Part shown: positions 19,401 through 29,271 of the stretch, one piece after another
Layout of the letters: each line of letters starts with the position of its first letter
Numbering within the stretch: the stretch's first letter is position 1
Source: an uncultured archaeon
GTDB lineage: Archaea; Thermoproteota; Nitrososphaeria; Nitrososphaerales; Gagatemarchaeaceae
DNA length: 64,000 nt
Assembly: GCA_963817525.1 (NCBI GenBank)
Contig: CAWFOU010000001.1
Span: 160,001 to 224,000 of the forward strand
Direction: 5' to 3'
The notes under the pieces: model-generated
What the model was told of the DNA's origin: nothing
Seen by the model: the letters and a program-made list of their open reading frames with translations, nothing else
Database searches by the model: none
Made by a program: the position numbers and the translations under genes

Positions 19401-20787
19401 GCTCGGAGTCACCGAGTGGTTCTCGCAACTCAGGGACGGCGAAGATGAAGCCAGCTCAAGGCAATACTGCGTCGAAAAAGAATCGATGACCCTGCCAACT
19501 TTTTCTCTACAGGTCGTCGAACGATGTCAGGCTGGCTCGAGACAGGTCTACGACCTGACCGTCGATGACGTACACTCATTCATTGCGGGGACCGTGGCAG
19601 TGCATAACTGCATCGGCAACAGCGGCCCCCTCTCTCCCGCTGTCGAGAGGGCGATAGCCGAGAAGGGCCTATACGCGGTCGCCGCGTTGAGCGGCAACCG
19701 GAACTTCGACGGGCGCATCAACCCGCTCGCCAGGGGGGCGTTCCTCATGTCCCCCATGCTCGTGGTGGCCTACGCGCTCGCTGGCAACATCGACTTTGAT
19801 TTTTTCAACAAACCCCTCGGCTTGGGCAAGGACGACGGCAAGCCCGTCTTCCTGAAGGACCTATGGCCTAGCCTGAAGGAGATCAAGCAGGTCGCGGAGA
19901 TGTCGCTGAGCCGCGACCTCTACCAGAAGAGGTACGCGGACGCCCTGGTCGGCGACGAAAAGTGGAGCAAGCTCTCCTCCGACTCGGGGGCGACCTTCCC
20001 CTGGGACGACGCATCGACCTACGTGAGGAGCCCGCCCTGGTTCTCTTCGGAGAGCGGGCCCTTGCCCGGCAAGGGGGCACGCGACGACATCGTCGGCGCG
20101 AGGGCTCTCGCGCTCTTCGAGGACAAGATAACCACAGACCACATATCGCCCGCCGGGGCGATACCCGCGGACGGCCCAGCCGCCGAATACCTTCTCGAGC
20201 ACGGCGTGGACTACGTCCACTTCAGCACCTACGGGAGCAGGAGGGGGAACCACGAAGTGATGGTCAGGGGCACCTTCAGCAACCTCCGCCTCAAGAACCT
20301 CCTCGCCGAGGGCAGGATCGGGGGGTATACGAAGCACTTTCCGAGCGGGGAGGTGATGACGATCTACGACGCGGCGGTCAAATACCTGAAGGACGGGGTC
20401 CCCCTCGTGGTCGTGGCGGGCAAGCAGTACGGCGGCGGGAGCTCGCGCGACTGGGCGGCGAAAGGCCCCAAACTCCTGGGCGTAAAGGCGGTCATCGCGG
20501 AGAGCTTCGAGAGGATCCACCGCAGCAACCTCGTGGCCATGGGCGTCCTCCCCCTGGAGTTCGTGCCAGGAGAGGGCGCGAAGGCCTTGGGGCTGAGGGG
20601 GGACGAGGTCTTCTCCATCTCAGGGATGAAAGGCCTCAAGCCCGGGGCGACGGTCGAGGCCACCGCGCTGTCAAAAGGGAAGGAGGTGCGCTTCAAGCTA
20701 AAGGCGAGGATAGACAACCAGACCGAGATGTCCTATTTCGACAGCGGGGGCGTCCTCCCGTTCACCCTAGGCCGGCTGGCCTCCTGA
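16474..20787 (+). CDS. acnA: Aconitate hydratase A precursor containing an intein
   Basis: LQDYTGVP, GTDSHT, AITSCTNTSNP, GYGCTT|CIGNSG, ITTDHISP, GSSRDWAAKG motifs. Confidence 0.95.
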   Translation: MTGGEKSFDFAVDRLETQRGRADFYNLRKVSERGHDISRFPYSIKILLENAIRHSRSVGGATEAANRLLEWPRSVSSEFPFVPYRVLLQDYTGVPLIVDLAALRDAVSKRGKDPGKINSIAPIDLVIDHSVQVDSWGSAAAFEYNIEKEYERSSERYALLKWAQDSFRNMRVFPPGKGICHQVNLEYLSTVVAVGERDGRRFACPDTVVGTDSHTPMVNGLGVLGWGVGGLEAEAAMLGEPCHIPIPRVVGVKLKGDLQEGATTTDLVLAVTELLRSKNVVDAFVEYFGEGYLRLSVPDRATLGNMSPEYGATVGFSPVDESTLRYLYDTGRDQAQIKLVGEYCRLQGLFHGPDSLDPRYSEVLEVDLSKIEPSIAGPRNPEERRVLREVPSLARSLAAEQARLRSATPQSPGRASPPAGAVQLERQMLVHEGGPPQSAEGLTDGSVIIAAITSCTNTSNPTVMIGSALLARNAVRMGLAPKPFVKCSLAPGSTVVKDYLEGSGLLTYLDQLGFYLVGYGCTTCIAQGTPVLLADGTCRPIESIPVAGGALVLGPSSSRRLGIARQSALMDMGRRECVDLVLQDGRKLTCTPDHRILCSDGRWVRADELVLGKDRVVVGLEAPLDTPRVDEAGYVLRAGNLIFTMDTERNRARTLAFARLLGHLLGDGSISVYGQGRMNAGQAIDREIMLNDIELVTGLRPAANRYDERKWSIALPMALARAIVALPGVKVGRRVMQSSELPEFVLHENCPVSVVREFLGGLFGADGRSPFLKRWGKGEDDMSLEHPGFSQSTIPAYIGQTRRILQEVLRLLARTGVETEGAKMYEYPTRASSSSYPAAKDGVPRIEVRLDLTNGLSFIEHVGFRYCVDKSMRASAAAVYWRLVQNVHEQRLWMSARLEEVHQDRPTLSFSQARRLATVSLLNDSPGDLPPIVSPHYALLEGYDRFSRLPKTTDRKFRPLHRDSSNFPSPGALFRQLGVTEWFSQLRDGEDEASSRQYCVEKESMTLPTFSLQVVERCQAGSRQVYDLTVDDVHSFIAGTVAVHNCIGNSGPLSPAVERAIAEKGLYAVAALSGNRNFDGRINPLARGAFLMSPMLVVAYALAGNIDFDFFNKPLGLGKDDGKPVFLKDLWPSLKEIKQVAEMSLSRDLYQKRYADALVGDEKWSKLSSDSGATFPWDDASTYVRSPPWFSSESGPLPGKGARDDIVGARALALFEDKITTDHISPAGAIPADGPAAEYLLEHGVDYVHFSTYGSRRGNHEVMVRGTFSNLRLKNLLAEGRIGGYTKHFPSGEVMTIYDAAVKYLKDGVPLVVVAGKQYGGGSSRDWAAKGPKLLGVKAVIAESFERIHRSNLVAMGVLPLEFVPGEGAKALGLRGDEVFSISGMKGLKPGATVEATALSKGKEVRFKLKARIDNQTEMSYFDSGGVLPFTLGRLAS
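18043..19608 (+). mobile_element. 522-aa intein with LAGLIDADG homing endonuclease
   Basis: Starts CIAQGT; block B TCTPDHR; LLGHLLGDG and FLGGLFGADG motifs; ends VYDLTV...VHN followed by C; lower G+C than flanks. Confidence 0.95.
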
Positions 20788-20910
20788 CGGGCGCCGGGAA
20801 ACCGCTGCCAAATTCTTAAATAACTCCGCCAATCATGCTTTTTTTGGGTCCTTTAGAGTGTATTCTAGACCTATCTTAGGGTCAAATATGAATGGAGAGG
20901 CGACGTTCTG

Positions 20911-21195
20911 ATGCCAGCGAAAGCAAAGGCTACGCGGGCGAAGAAGAAGGAAGAGGAGCTTCCTTTCAAGATCACAGACCACCTGCTCGTCCCGAAGCAC
21001 GAGCTCATGCCCCCTGAGGAGTCTGCGGCCGTCCTCAAGAGATACAACGCCTCTCCTCACGAGTTCCCGTTCGTGCTCTCGACCGACCCCGCGGCCAAGG
21101 GGATAGGCGCAAAGCCAGGAGATTTTGTGAAGGTCACGAGGGCTAGCGAGACCGCAGGCGAGACCGTCTACTACAGATATGTGGTGGAGGCGTAG
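20911..21195 (+). CDS. rpoH: RNA polymerase subunit H (Rpo5)
   Basis: HLLVPKHE, DPAAK.IGAKPGD, YYRYV motifs. Confidence 0.96.
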   Translation: MPAKAKATRAKKKEEELPFKITDHLLVPKHELMPPEESAAVLKRYNASPHEFPFVLSTDPAAKGIGAKPGDFVKVTRASETAGETVYYRYVVEA

Positions 21196-21200
21196 AGATT

Positions 21201-24200
21201 ATGGCGACTACAACAAAGCAGTTGGACTCATGGGCAGTGCTGCGAGACATCCTCCAGAGGGAGGGAGTGGCGAGGCAGCACCTTAACAGCTACAACGAGT
21301 TCATCGCGAAGGGTCTCCAGTCGATCATCGACGAGATCGCGGAGACAGAGATCGAGACCGTAAGCACCCCCTACAAGGTAAAGTTTGGAAGGGTGGAGCT
21401 AGGCAGGCCCAGGATCGTAGAGATCGACGGGTCGGTCAGCAACATCTTCCCGATGGAGGCGAGACTCAGGAACCTTTCCTACTCTTCCCCGATCTACCTC
21501 GACATGACCATCGAGGAGGAGGGAATGTCCCGCGAAGCCACACGCCAACACATCGGCGACCTCCCAGTGATGGTAAAGTCGGACCTTTGCCAGCTCTCCA
21601 AGATGACCAAGGAGCAGCTGGTCATGTCGGGCGAAGACCCGAACGACCCCGGAGGATACTTCATCATCAACGGCTCGGAGAGGGTCATCGTAGGGCTCGA
21701 GGACCTGTCCCCCAACAAGATCCTCGTCGACCTCGAGAAGGTCGGCGCGGTCTCCACTTACAAGGCCCGGGTCTACTCGTCCGTCGTGGGCTACAGGTCG
21801 AAGCTAGAGGCCACGCTGAAACAGGACGGCTCGATCAACGTGAAGGTCCCGAGCTGCCCGATAGACATCCCGTTCGTCATAGTGATGCGCGCGCTCGGCT
21901 TCAAGTCCGACAAGGACATCGCCAACGCCGTGTCTCCAAAGCCGGAGATCCAGGACCTGCTCGAGGTCTCCTTCGACAAGGCCAACGAGGCCCCCACCGA
22001 GAAGGACGCGCTCGTCTACATCGGCAACAGGGTCGCCCACGGCATGCTCGAGGAGTACAGGATCAAGCGCGCCCTGTCGATGCTCGACTGGGGATTCCTG
22101 CCGCACCTGGGCAAGTCGGACGACAAGAGGTACGACAAGGCCATGTTCCTCGGCGAGGCGGTCTGCAAGCTTCTAGAGCTCAGGCTGGGGTGGACGGAGC
22201 CCGACGACAAGGACCACTATGGAAACAAGGTGATAAAGTTCGCAGGGCAGATGCTCGCGGACCTCTTCCGCACTTCGTTCAGGAACCTCGTGCGCGACAT
22301 GAAGTACCAGCTCGAGAGGGCGGGCCAGAAGAGGGGAGGCAACGTGGTCGGCGCGGCAATCAGGACGGGCATCATCACGGACAAGCTCAACAACGCCATC
22401 GCCACGGGCAACTGGGGCCGGGGGAAGGTGGGGGTCACGCAACTCCTAGACAGGACCAACTACCTCAGCACCCTGTCGCACCTCAGGCGCATCCAGTCGC
22501 CCCTCAGCAGATCCCAGCCCAACTTCGAGGCGAGAGACCTCCACGCGACGCACTTTGGGAGGGTCTGTCCCTCTGAGACGCCCGAGGGCGTCAACTGCGG
22601 CCTCGTGAAGAACCTGGCGCTCTCCGCGACCATCTCGGTCAGCGTCCCACCGGCGGAGGTGGAAGAGCGGCTCTGGGAACTAGGGGCCAAGTCAATACGC
22701 GACATCCCCGAGAAGCTCGCGCTCGAGGGCACCAAGATTTTCATGGACGGCCGGTTCATCGGCTACGTAGACGACGGCGAAAGGCTGGCCAAGGCGTTCC
22801 GCAAGCTCCGCAGGGAGGGCCAGATACACCCCAGCGCGAGCGTCATGTTCTACGAGGCGGCCAACAAGAAGGGCTACTCGCGGCTCTACATCAGCCTGAG
22901 CGCTGGCAGGGTCATCCGCCCGCTCATCGTCGTGGAGAACGCAAAGCCCCTCCTGACGCAGGAGATGGTCGGCAAGATCGCCGCCAACGAGCTCACGTGG
23001 AGGGACATCGTGGAGAGGGGCATCATTGAGATGCTCGACGCCAACGAGGAAGAGAACTGCCTCGTGGCGATGTCTCCCGAAGAGGCCACCACGAAGCATA
23101 CCCACCTGGAGCTCTACCCCGGCGCAATGTTCGGGATAGCCGCGTCGATCATCCCATACCCTGAGCACAACCAGTCGCCCAGGAACACCTACGAGTCCGC
23201 CATGGCCAAGCAGAGTCTGGGCTTCTCGACGCCGACCTTCCCTCTCTCGACCTTCGTCAGGCAGCACCTTTTGGTCAACCCCCAGTCGCCAATGGTCAAG
23301 ACCAAGAGCACCGAGCTCCTGAACATCGACGAGAGGCCGTTCGGGACCAACGCGGTCGTCGCGGTCCTTTCGTTCGAGGGCTACAACATAGAGGACGCCA
23401 TCGTCATGAACAAGTCCTCGATCGAGCGCGGATTCTGTCGCTCCTTCTTCTACAGGCTCTACGAGGCGGAGTCGAAGCAGTACCTTGGCGGGATGAGGGA
23501 CACCTTCGAGGTCCCCTCCGCAGAGTCCAACATCAGGGGCTACCGCGGCGAGAAGTTCTACCGCCTCCTAGAGGCAGACGGGGTCGTCATGCACGAGGCC
23601 ACGGTGACCGGCGGTGACGCCGTCATCGGCAGGACCAGCCCGCCTCGCTTCATGGAGGAGTACAAGGAGTTCGAGATCAAGGGGCCCTATAGGAGGGACA
23701 CCTCGGTGGCAGTCAGGCCCACGGAGACGGGCGTCGTCGACTCGGTGTTCATGACGGAGAACGTGGAGGGCGGGAAGATGTACAAGGTCAGGGTCCGCGA
23801 CATGAGGACCCCCGAGATAGGCGACAAGTTCGCGTCGCGCCACGGGCAGAAGGGCGTGGTGGGGCTGGTCGTCCCCCAGGAGGACATGCCTTACACCGCC
23901 GACGGAGTCGTCCCCGATGTCATTATCAACCCGCACGCATTCCCTTCGAGGATGACCGTGGGGCAGTTCATCGAGTCCATATCGGGCAAGGCAGCCTCCC
24001 TCAGGGGCTCCTCGGCAGACGGCACGGCCTTCGCGGGAGAGACCCCGGAGGAGATGAGCAAGATCCTCGCCGAGAGGGGCTTCGAGTCCACCGGCAGGGA
24101 GGTCCTCTACGACGGCAAGACCGGGAGGAAGTTCGCGGTCGACGTCTTCATCGGCGTGGTCTACTACCAGAAGCTCCACCACATGGTGGCCGACAAGATC

Positions 24201-24557
24201 CACGCGAGGGCGAGGGGCCAGGTCCAGATGCTCACCAAGCAGCCCACCGAGGGGAGGGCGCGAGGAGGAGGCCTGAGGTTCGGCGAGATGGAGAGGGACT
24301 GCCTGATCGCCTACGGGGCGTCCATGGTCCTCAAGGACAGGCTCCTCGACGAGGCCGACAAGACCGAGATCAACGTCTGCGAAAAGTGCGGTCTCATCGC
24401 CTACTACGACGCGAAGCAGCGCAAGTACGCGTGCAAGATCGACGGAGACCAGGCGAAGATATCCACGGTCGTGGTGGCCTACGCCTTCAAGCTGCTCCTG
24501 CAGGAGATGATGAGCCTGAACATCGCGCCTCGGCTTAGGCTGAAGGACGCGGTGTAG
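21201..24557 (+). CDS. rpoB: RNA polymerase subunit B (Rpo2, unsplit)
   Basis: GYFIINGSE, GDKFASRHGQKG, GGLRFGEMERD motifs. Confidence 0.98.
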   Translation: MATTTKQLDSWAVLRDILQREGVARQHLNSYNEFIAKGLQSIIDEIAETEIETVSTPYKVKFGRVELGRPRIVEIDGSVSNIFPMEARLRNLSYSSPIYLDMTIEEEGMSREATRQHIGDLPVMVKSDLCQLSKMTKEQLVMSGEDPNDPGGYFIINGSERVIVGLEDLSPNKILVDLEKVGAVSTYKARVYSSVVGYRSKLEATLKQDGSINVKVPSCPIDIPFVIVMRALGFKSDKDIANAVSPKPEIQDLLEVSFDKANEAPTEKDALVYIGNRVAHGMLEEYRIKRALSMLDWGFLPHLGKSDDKRYDKAMFLGEAVCKLLELRLGWTEPDDKDHYGNKVIKFAGQMLADLFRTSFRNLVRDMKYQLERAGQKRGGNVVGAAIRTGIITDKLNNAIATGNWGRGKVGVTQLLDRTNYLSTLSHLRRIQSPLSRSQPNFEARDLHATHFGRVCPSETPEGVNCGLVKNLALSATISVSVPPAEVEERLWELGAKSIRDIPEKLALEGTKIFMDGRFIGYVDDGERLAKAFRKLRREGQIHPSASVMFYEAANKKGYSRLYISLSAGRVIRPLIVVENAKPLLTQEMVGKIAANELTWRDIVERGIIEMLDANEEENCLVAMSPEEATTKHTHLELYPGAMFGIAASIIPYPEHNQSPRNTYESAMAKQSLGFSTPTFPLSTFVRQHLLVNPQSPMVKTKSTELLNIDERPFGTNAVVAVLSFEGYNIEDAIVMNKSSIERGFCRSFFYRLYEAESKQYLGGMRDTFEVPSAESNIRGYRGEKFYRLLEADGVVMHEATVTGGDAVIGRTSPPRFMEEYKEFEIKGPYRRDTSVAVRPTETGVVDSVFMTENVEGGKMYKVRVRDMRTPEIGDKFASRHGQKGVVGLVVPQEDMPYTADGVVPDVIINPHAFPSRMTVGQFIESISGKAASLRGSSADGTAFAGETPEEMSKILAERGFESTGREVLYDGKTGRKFAVDVFIGVVYYQKLHHMVADKIHARARGQVQMLTKQPTEGRARGGGLRFGEMERDCLIAYGASMVLKDRLLDEADKTEINVCEKCGLIAYYDAKQRKYACKIDGDQAKISTVVVAYAFKLLLQEMMSLNIAPRLRLKDAV

Positions 24558-24577
24558 AGAGGTTTTGGTGAAATAAG

Positions 24578-27500
24578 ATGGCCATGCAAGAAGCTCTAAG
24601 GACGATACGCGCGATCGACTTCGCCCTGCTCTCGCCCACCGAGATACGCAAGTACTCGGTCGCTGAGATCACGCAGCCGGAGACCTACGACGAGGACGGC
24701 ATGCCCGTGCAGGGAGGACTCATGGACTCTCGGCTCGGGACGCTGGAGCCCGGACAAAAATGCGGGACCTGCGGGAACACGGCCTCGAGGTGCCCCGGGC
24801 ACTTTGGGCACGTCGAGCTCGCCGAGTCGGTACTCCACATGGCTTTCGTCTCCGACATCAACAAGATGATCCAGGCGACGTGCAGGACCTGCGGCAGGAT
24901 CCTCCTATCCCAGCAGGAGCTGGACGCCTACAGGGTCAGGCTACAGAACATCACAGAGTTCACCCCCACGATGAAGGAGGAGATCGCGAAGGAGATACTC
25001 GCAAAGGCGAAGAAGGTAAAGCTCTGCCCCCACTGCGGCAAGCAGCAGTACCAGATCGAGCTAACAAAGCCCACCATCTTCCACGAGATCACGGAAGAAG
25101 GCGGAGCGACGAGGCTCCTCCCGGGCGCGATCAGGGAGCGCCTCGAGAGGATCACCAACGAGGACATCGAGCTGCTCGGGTACAACCCGCACGTGGCGCG
25201 GCCCGAGTGGTTCGTCCTCCAGGTCCTGCCCGTCCCGCCGCTGACGGTCAGGCCGTCGATCACGCTAGAGTCCGGCATCAGGTCGGAGGATGACCTCACG
25301 CACAAGATAGTAGACATCCTCAGGGTCAACCAGAGGGTCCGCGAGGCGAAGGAGTCGGGCACGCCCCACCTCATCGTCCAGGACCTCGTTGACCTCCTTC
25401 ACTACCACGTCACCACCTACTTCGACAACGAGGTCTCAGGGATCCCGCAGGCCCACCACCGCTCCGGTAGGCCACTCAAGACCCTCAGCCAGAGGCTGAA
25501 GGGCAAGGAGGGCAGGTTTAGGGGCTCGCTCTCGGGCAAGAGGGTCGACTTCTCGAGCAGGACCGTCATCAGCCCCGACCCAAGCCTCGACATCGCCGAG
25601 GTGGGCATCCCGTTCGAGGTCGCGAAGAAGCTCACCATCCCAGAGAAGGTCTCGGGCTGGAACATGGAGTCCCTCAAGAAGCTCGTGGTCACAGGGCCGT
25701 TCGAGCATCCGGGCGCCAACTACGTCATCCGCCCCGACGGCGTCAAGATCAGGCTGGACTTTGCGAGCGACAGGAAGGCTCTCGCCGACTCGCTCGCGGC
25801 CGGCTACGTGGTCGAGCGGCACCTTATGGACGGGGACATCGTCCTCTTCAACAGGCAGCCCTCGCTCCACAGGATGTCGGTGATGGCGCACACCGTCCGC
25901 GTCCTCCCCTACCGCACCTTCAGGCTACACCCGTCCGTCTGCCCGCCCTACAACGCAGACTTTGACGGTGACGAGATGAACCTGCACGTCCCCCAGAGCG
26001 AGGAGTCGAGGTCGGAGGCGCTCATGCTCATGCGCGTCCAGGACCAGATACTATCGCCCAGATACGGCGGGCCCATCATCGGCGCGATCAGGGACTTCCT
26101 CACCGGGGCATACCTGCTCACGCGCGAGGAGACCATGCTCACACCGGACCAGTTCTCCAACCTCGCCCTCCAGGGAGGGTACACGGGAGACCTCCCCGAA
26201 CCGAAGACCAAGGGAGCCAACCCGCTCTACACGGGCAAGCAGCTCTTCTCCCTCTTCCTCCCGAAGGACATGAACCTCGTGCTCACGTCCAAGTGGGGCA
26301 AGGCGAAGACCGGGCAGGGCAACGACGTCGTCATCAAGGACGGCGAACTGATCTCTGGAGTGATCGACAAGGCGGCAATCGGCGCGGAAGAGCCAGACAG
26401 CCTCCTACACCGGGTCCTGAAGGACTATGGGAACGACGAGGCGAGGCGCTTCCTCAACTCGATACTCTCCGTCCTGAAGGAGTACATCACCAGGCGCGGA
26501 TTCAGCTACGGGTACGACGAGCTCAAGCTCTCGGAGGACGCGATGGGCAAGATCGCGGAGACCCTGAAGGAGGCTTACGACAACTGCAACGACCTCATCA
26601 AGAAGTACAAGAACGGCACGCTCCCCCTGACCAGAGGGCTCTCGCCAGAGGGCTCCCTGGAGTTCTACATCGTGAACGAGCTCTCAAAGGCGAGAGACAG
26701 GGCGGGGAGGATAGCGGACAGGTCGTTCTCAACCGAGAACTCGGGCGTCATAATGGCTCGCACGGGCGCGAGGGGCTCGAGCCTCAACCTCGGGCAGATG
26801 ACAGCAGCCCTAGGGCAGCAGTCGGTCAGAGGCAAGAGGATCGAGAAGGGCCTTCGCGGGCGCTCGCTCAGCCACTTCCCCGTAGGAGACCTCGCCCCTG
26901 AGGCGAAGGGCTTTGTGAAGAGGAACTACCGCGACGGGCTCACCCCGACCGAGTTCTTCTTCCACGCGATGGGCGGGAGGGAAGGCCTGGTCGACACCGC
27001 GGTCAGGACCCAGCAGAGCGGGTACATGCAGAGGAGGCTCGTCAACGCCATGGAGCACCTTCGCGTGGAGTACGACCTCACCGTGAGGGACCCAACCGGC
27101 AACGTCATCCAGTTCCTCTATGGGGAGGACGGGATCGACCCCGCAAAGTCCGACCACGGCAGGCCGGTCAACCTGGACAGGGTCATCGGCTCCGCTGAGC
27201 TTACCGACCACGCGCGCGCCAAGTTCGGCGAGAAGGAGGCGACCGCGGTCCTCGCAAAGTACGAGGGCAAGCTCAACAACCGACTCTTCAAGGAGCTCGG
27301 CCAGCGGCTGGCCGATGCGAACCTCACCGACGAGGGTGTGAAGAACGTCATCGACAGGGTGATGGAGTCGATAGACTACGCGACCGTCGAGCCCGGCGAG
27401 GCCTCCGGCATAGTCGCAGCCCAATCGATCGGCGAGCCTGGAACCCAGATGACTCTCAGGACCTTCCACTTTGCGGGAGTGAAGGAGCGCGACGTCACGC

Positions 27501-28360
27501 TCGGGCTCCCGAGGCTCATGGAGCTGGTCGACGCCCGGAAGATCCCCGCCAAGCCGTCGATGGACGTCTACCTCGACGAGGGCTACAAGAACTCCAAGGA
27601 CAAGGCAGTGAAGGTGGCCAACGAGATACTCTTCACGAGGATCGGGAACGTCGTCGAATACAGCGAGGTCGACCCCACAGAGGGGATCAAGCTCCACCTC
27701 AACGAGAACATGCTCGCGGAGAGGGACGTAAAGGCGGAGGACGTGGCGGAGGCGATGGAGACCGGCAAGAGGAACGCCCAGCTCGAGAAGGGAGGGAAGG
27801 TAATCCGGGTAAACGTGGAGAACGCCGACCTCTCGACCCTCTTCACCCTCAGGAACAAGCTGATGAACATGAAGCTGAAGGGCATCCCAGGGATCACCCG
27901 CGTCACGGTCGTCCAGGACAACGACGAGTGGGTCATCCAGACGGCCGGCTCGAACCTGGCGAAGGTCATAGCCGTCCCCGGGGTCGACACCAAGAGGATC
28001 ACGACCAACAACATCCACGAGGTCGCGCAGGTCCTCGGGATAGAGGCCGCGCGCGCCACCCTCATCCGTGAGGTCATGAGCACGCTCGACGAGCAGGGCC
28101 TCGAAGTGGACGTCAGGCACATCTTCCTGGTCGCCGACCTCATGACATCCAAGGGGTACCTCCAACAGATAGGCCGACACGGAATCGCCGGCACCAAGAC
28201 CTCGGTCCTCGCAAGGGCCGCCTTCGAGATCACCGTCCCGACCCTCGCAGAGGCCGCCATCTACGGCGAGACGGAGGAGCTAAAGGGGGTCACCGAGAAC
28301 GTCATCGTAGGCCTGCCTATACCCGTGGGAACGGGCATAGTCGACCTATACATGGGCTAG
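24578..28360 (+). CDS. rpoA: RNA polymerase subunit A, fused A'+A'' (Rpo1)
   Basis: NADFDGDEMN catalytic motif and A''-type AQSIGEPGTQMTL in one 1260-aa ORF. Confidence 0.97.
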   Translation: MAMQEALRTIRAIDFALLSPTEIRKYSVAEITQPETYDEDGMPVQGGLMDSRLGTLEPGQKCGTCGNTASRCPGHFGHVELAESVLHMAFVSDINKMIQATCRTCGRILLSQQELDAYRVRLQNITEFTPTMKEEIAKEILAKAKKVKLCPHCGKQQYQIELTKPTIFHEITEEGGATRLLPGAIRERLERITNEDIELLGYNPHVARPEWFVLQVLPVPPLTVRPSITLESGIRSEDDLTHKIVDILRVNQRVREAKESGTPHLIVQDLVDLLHYHVTTYFDNEVSGIPQAHHRSGRPLKTLSQRLKGKEGRFRGSLSGKRVDFSSRTVISPDPSLDIAEVGIPFEVAKKLTIPEKVSGWNMESLKKLVVTGPFEHPGANYVIRPDGVKIRLDFASDRKALADSLAAGYVVERHLMDGDIVLFNRQPSLHRMSVMAHTVRVLPYRTFRLHPSVCPPYNADFDGDEMNLHVPQSEESRSEALMLMRVQDQILSPRYGGPIIGAIRDFLTGAYLLTREETMLTPDQFSNLALQGGYTGDLPEPKTKGANPLYTGKQLFSLFLPKDMNLVLTSKWGKAKTGQGNDVVIKDGELISGVIDKAAIGAEEPDSLLHRVLKDYGNDEARRFLNSILSVLKEYITRRGFSYGYDELKLSEDAMGKIAETLKEAYDNCNDLIKKYKNGTLPLTRGLSPEGSLEFYIVNELSKARDRAGRIADRSFSTENSGVIMARTGARGSSLNLGQMTAALGQQSVRGKRIEKGLRGRSLSHFPVGDLAPEAKGFVKRNYRDGLTPTEFFFHAMGGREGLVDTAVRTQQSGYMQRRLVNAMEHLRVEYDLTVRDPTGNVIQFLYGEDGIDPAKSDHGRPVNLDRVIGSAELTDHARAKFGEKEATAVLAKYEGKLNNRLFKELGQRLADANLTDEGVKNVIDRVMESIDYATVEPGEASGIVAAQSIGEPGTQMTLRTFHFAGVKERDVTLGLPRLMELVDARKIPAKPSMDVYLDEGYKNSKDKAVKVANEILFTRIGNVVEYSEVDPTEGIKLHLNENMLAERDVKAEDVAEAMETGKRNAQLEKGGKVIRVNVENADLSTLFTLRNKLMNMKLKGIPGITRVTVVQDNDEWVIQTAGSNLAKVIAVPGVDTKRITTNNIHEVAQVLGIEAARATLIREVMSTLDEQGLEVDVRHIFLVADLMTSKGYLQQIGRHGIAGTKTSVLARAAFEITVPTLAEAAIYGETEELKGVTENVIVGLPIPVGTGIVDLYMG

Positions 28361-28382
28361 AGAACCAGAGTTGCACATAGAC

Positions 28383-28751
28383 ATGGTCACAAAGACAAAA
28401 ACAAACGCCCCGGCGGGGGACCAACAGGTCCTAGCCCGCGTCCTGAAGGAGGCGCTAAAGTCCGGCAAGTACACCATCGGCACCAGAGAGGTCATCTCAG
28501 AGCTGAAGAGCGCGAAGCTCGTGATCGCCGCGAGCACCATCTCCCTTGCCGCCGCCGAGGACGGAGGCCTGGTGAAGGAAGCCGAGAAGAACAAGGTCCC
28601 GGTGGTCAAGATAGACAAGTCGTCCGCCCAGCTGGGCAGGATGATCGGGAGGCCGTTCAGGGTCTCGGCGATTGCGCTGAGGGTCGTGGCTGAGGGAGAC
28701 TTTAGGCAGCTCGTGGGCTCGCCTTCTCAACCGGCCAAGACGGCCGCGTGA
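28383..28751 (+). CDS. rpl30e: Ribosomal protein L30e (L7Ae family)
   Basis: ALKSGKYTIG, LGRMIGRPFRVS motifs; position between rpoA and nusA. Confidence 0.85.
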   Translation: MVTKTKTNAPAGDQQVLARVLKEALKSGKYTIGTREVISELKSAKLVIAASTISLAAAEDGGLVKEAEKNKVPVVKIDKSSAQLGRMIGRPFRVSAIALRVVAEGDFRQLVGSPSQPAKTAA

Positions 28752-28755
28752 TAGC

Positions 28756-29199
28756 TTGCCCGCGATCAAGCTCACCGCAGAGCAGCTCGGGCTCATATCG
28801 ATCTTCCAGAACATGAGCGGCGCCACCGTCCGGGACTGCATAATCGACGAGAAGGGCGCCCGCCTGATATTCATCGTCAACAAGGGGCAGATGGGACTCG
28901 CCATCGGCAAGAGGGGCGCTACCATCCAGAACATCGAGAGGGTGGTGAAGAAGCCCATCGAGGTGGTCGAGTGGTCGGACGACCCCGCGGAGATGATAAG
29001 GAACGCGCTCGACCCGACCGCCGTCCAGGAGGTCAGGCTCACCGACAAGCTTGACGGCACGAAGAGCATCTCGGTGGTCGTCGACCCGAGGAGGAAGGGC
29101 GCTGTGCTCGGGCGCGGAGGGAAGAACGCCGAGAAGGTCCGCCTCATCGCAAAGAAGTACTTCGACATCTCCAGCGTCCAGATCACCACCCCCTTCTAG
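28756..29199 (+). CDS. nusA: Archaeal NusA-like KH-domain factor
   Basis: GLAIGKRG and LGRGGKN KH motifs. Confidence 0.95.
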   Translation: MPAIKLTAEQLGLISIFQNMSGATVRDCIIDEKGARLIFIVNKGQMGLAIGKRGATIQNIERVVKKPIEVVEWSDDPAEMIRNALDPTAVQEVRLTDKLDGTKSISVVVDPRRKGAVLGRGGKNAEKVRLIAKKYFDISSVQITTPF

Positions 29200-29271
29200 A
29201 GCCCCGCCGCGCTCTTCCGCGGCTCAGGAAGGTTGATGTATTCAGAGTCACCCGCGAGCCCAGCGTAGAAC

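Noticed and set aside
26810-28180. Long antisense or alternate-frame ORFs (also 40431-42023, 45407-46396, 14412-15353, 61026-61985)
   Set aside because: Shadow ORFs expected from high GC3 in real genes; no recognisable motifs.
24578-28360. Fused RpoA'/A'' as a novelty
   Set aside because: Already known for Thaumarchaeota and some related lineages; used only as a taxonomic clue.
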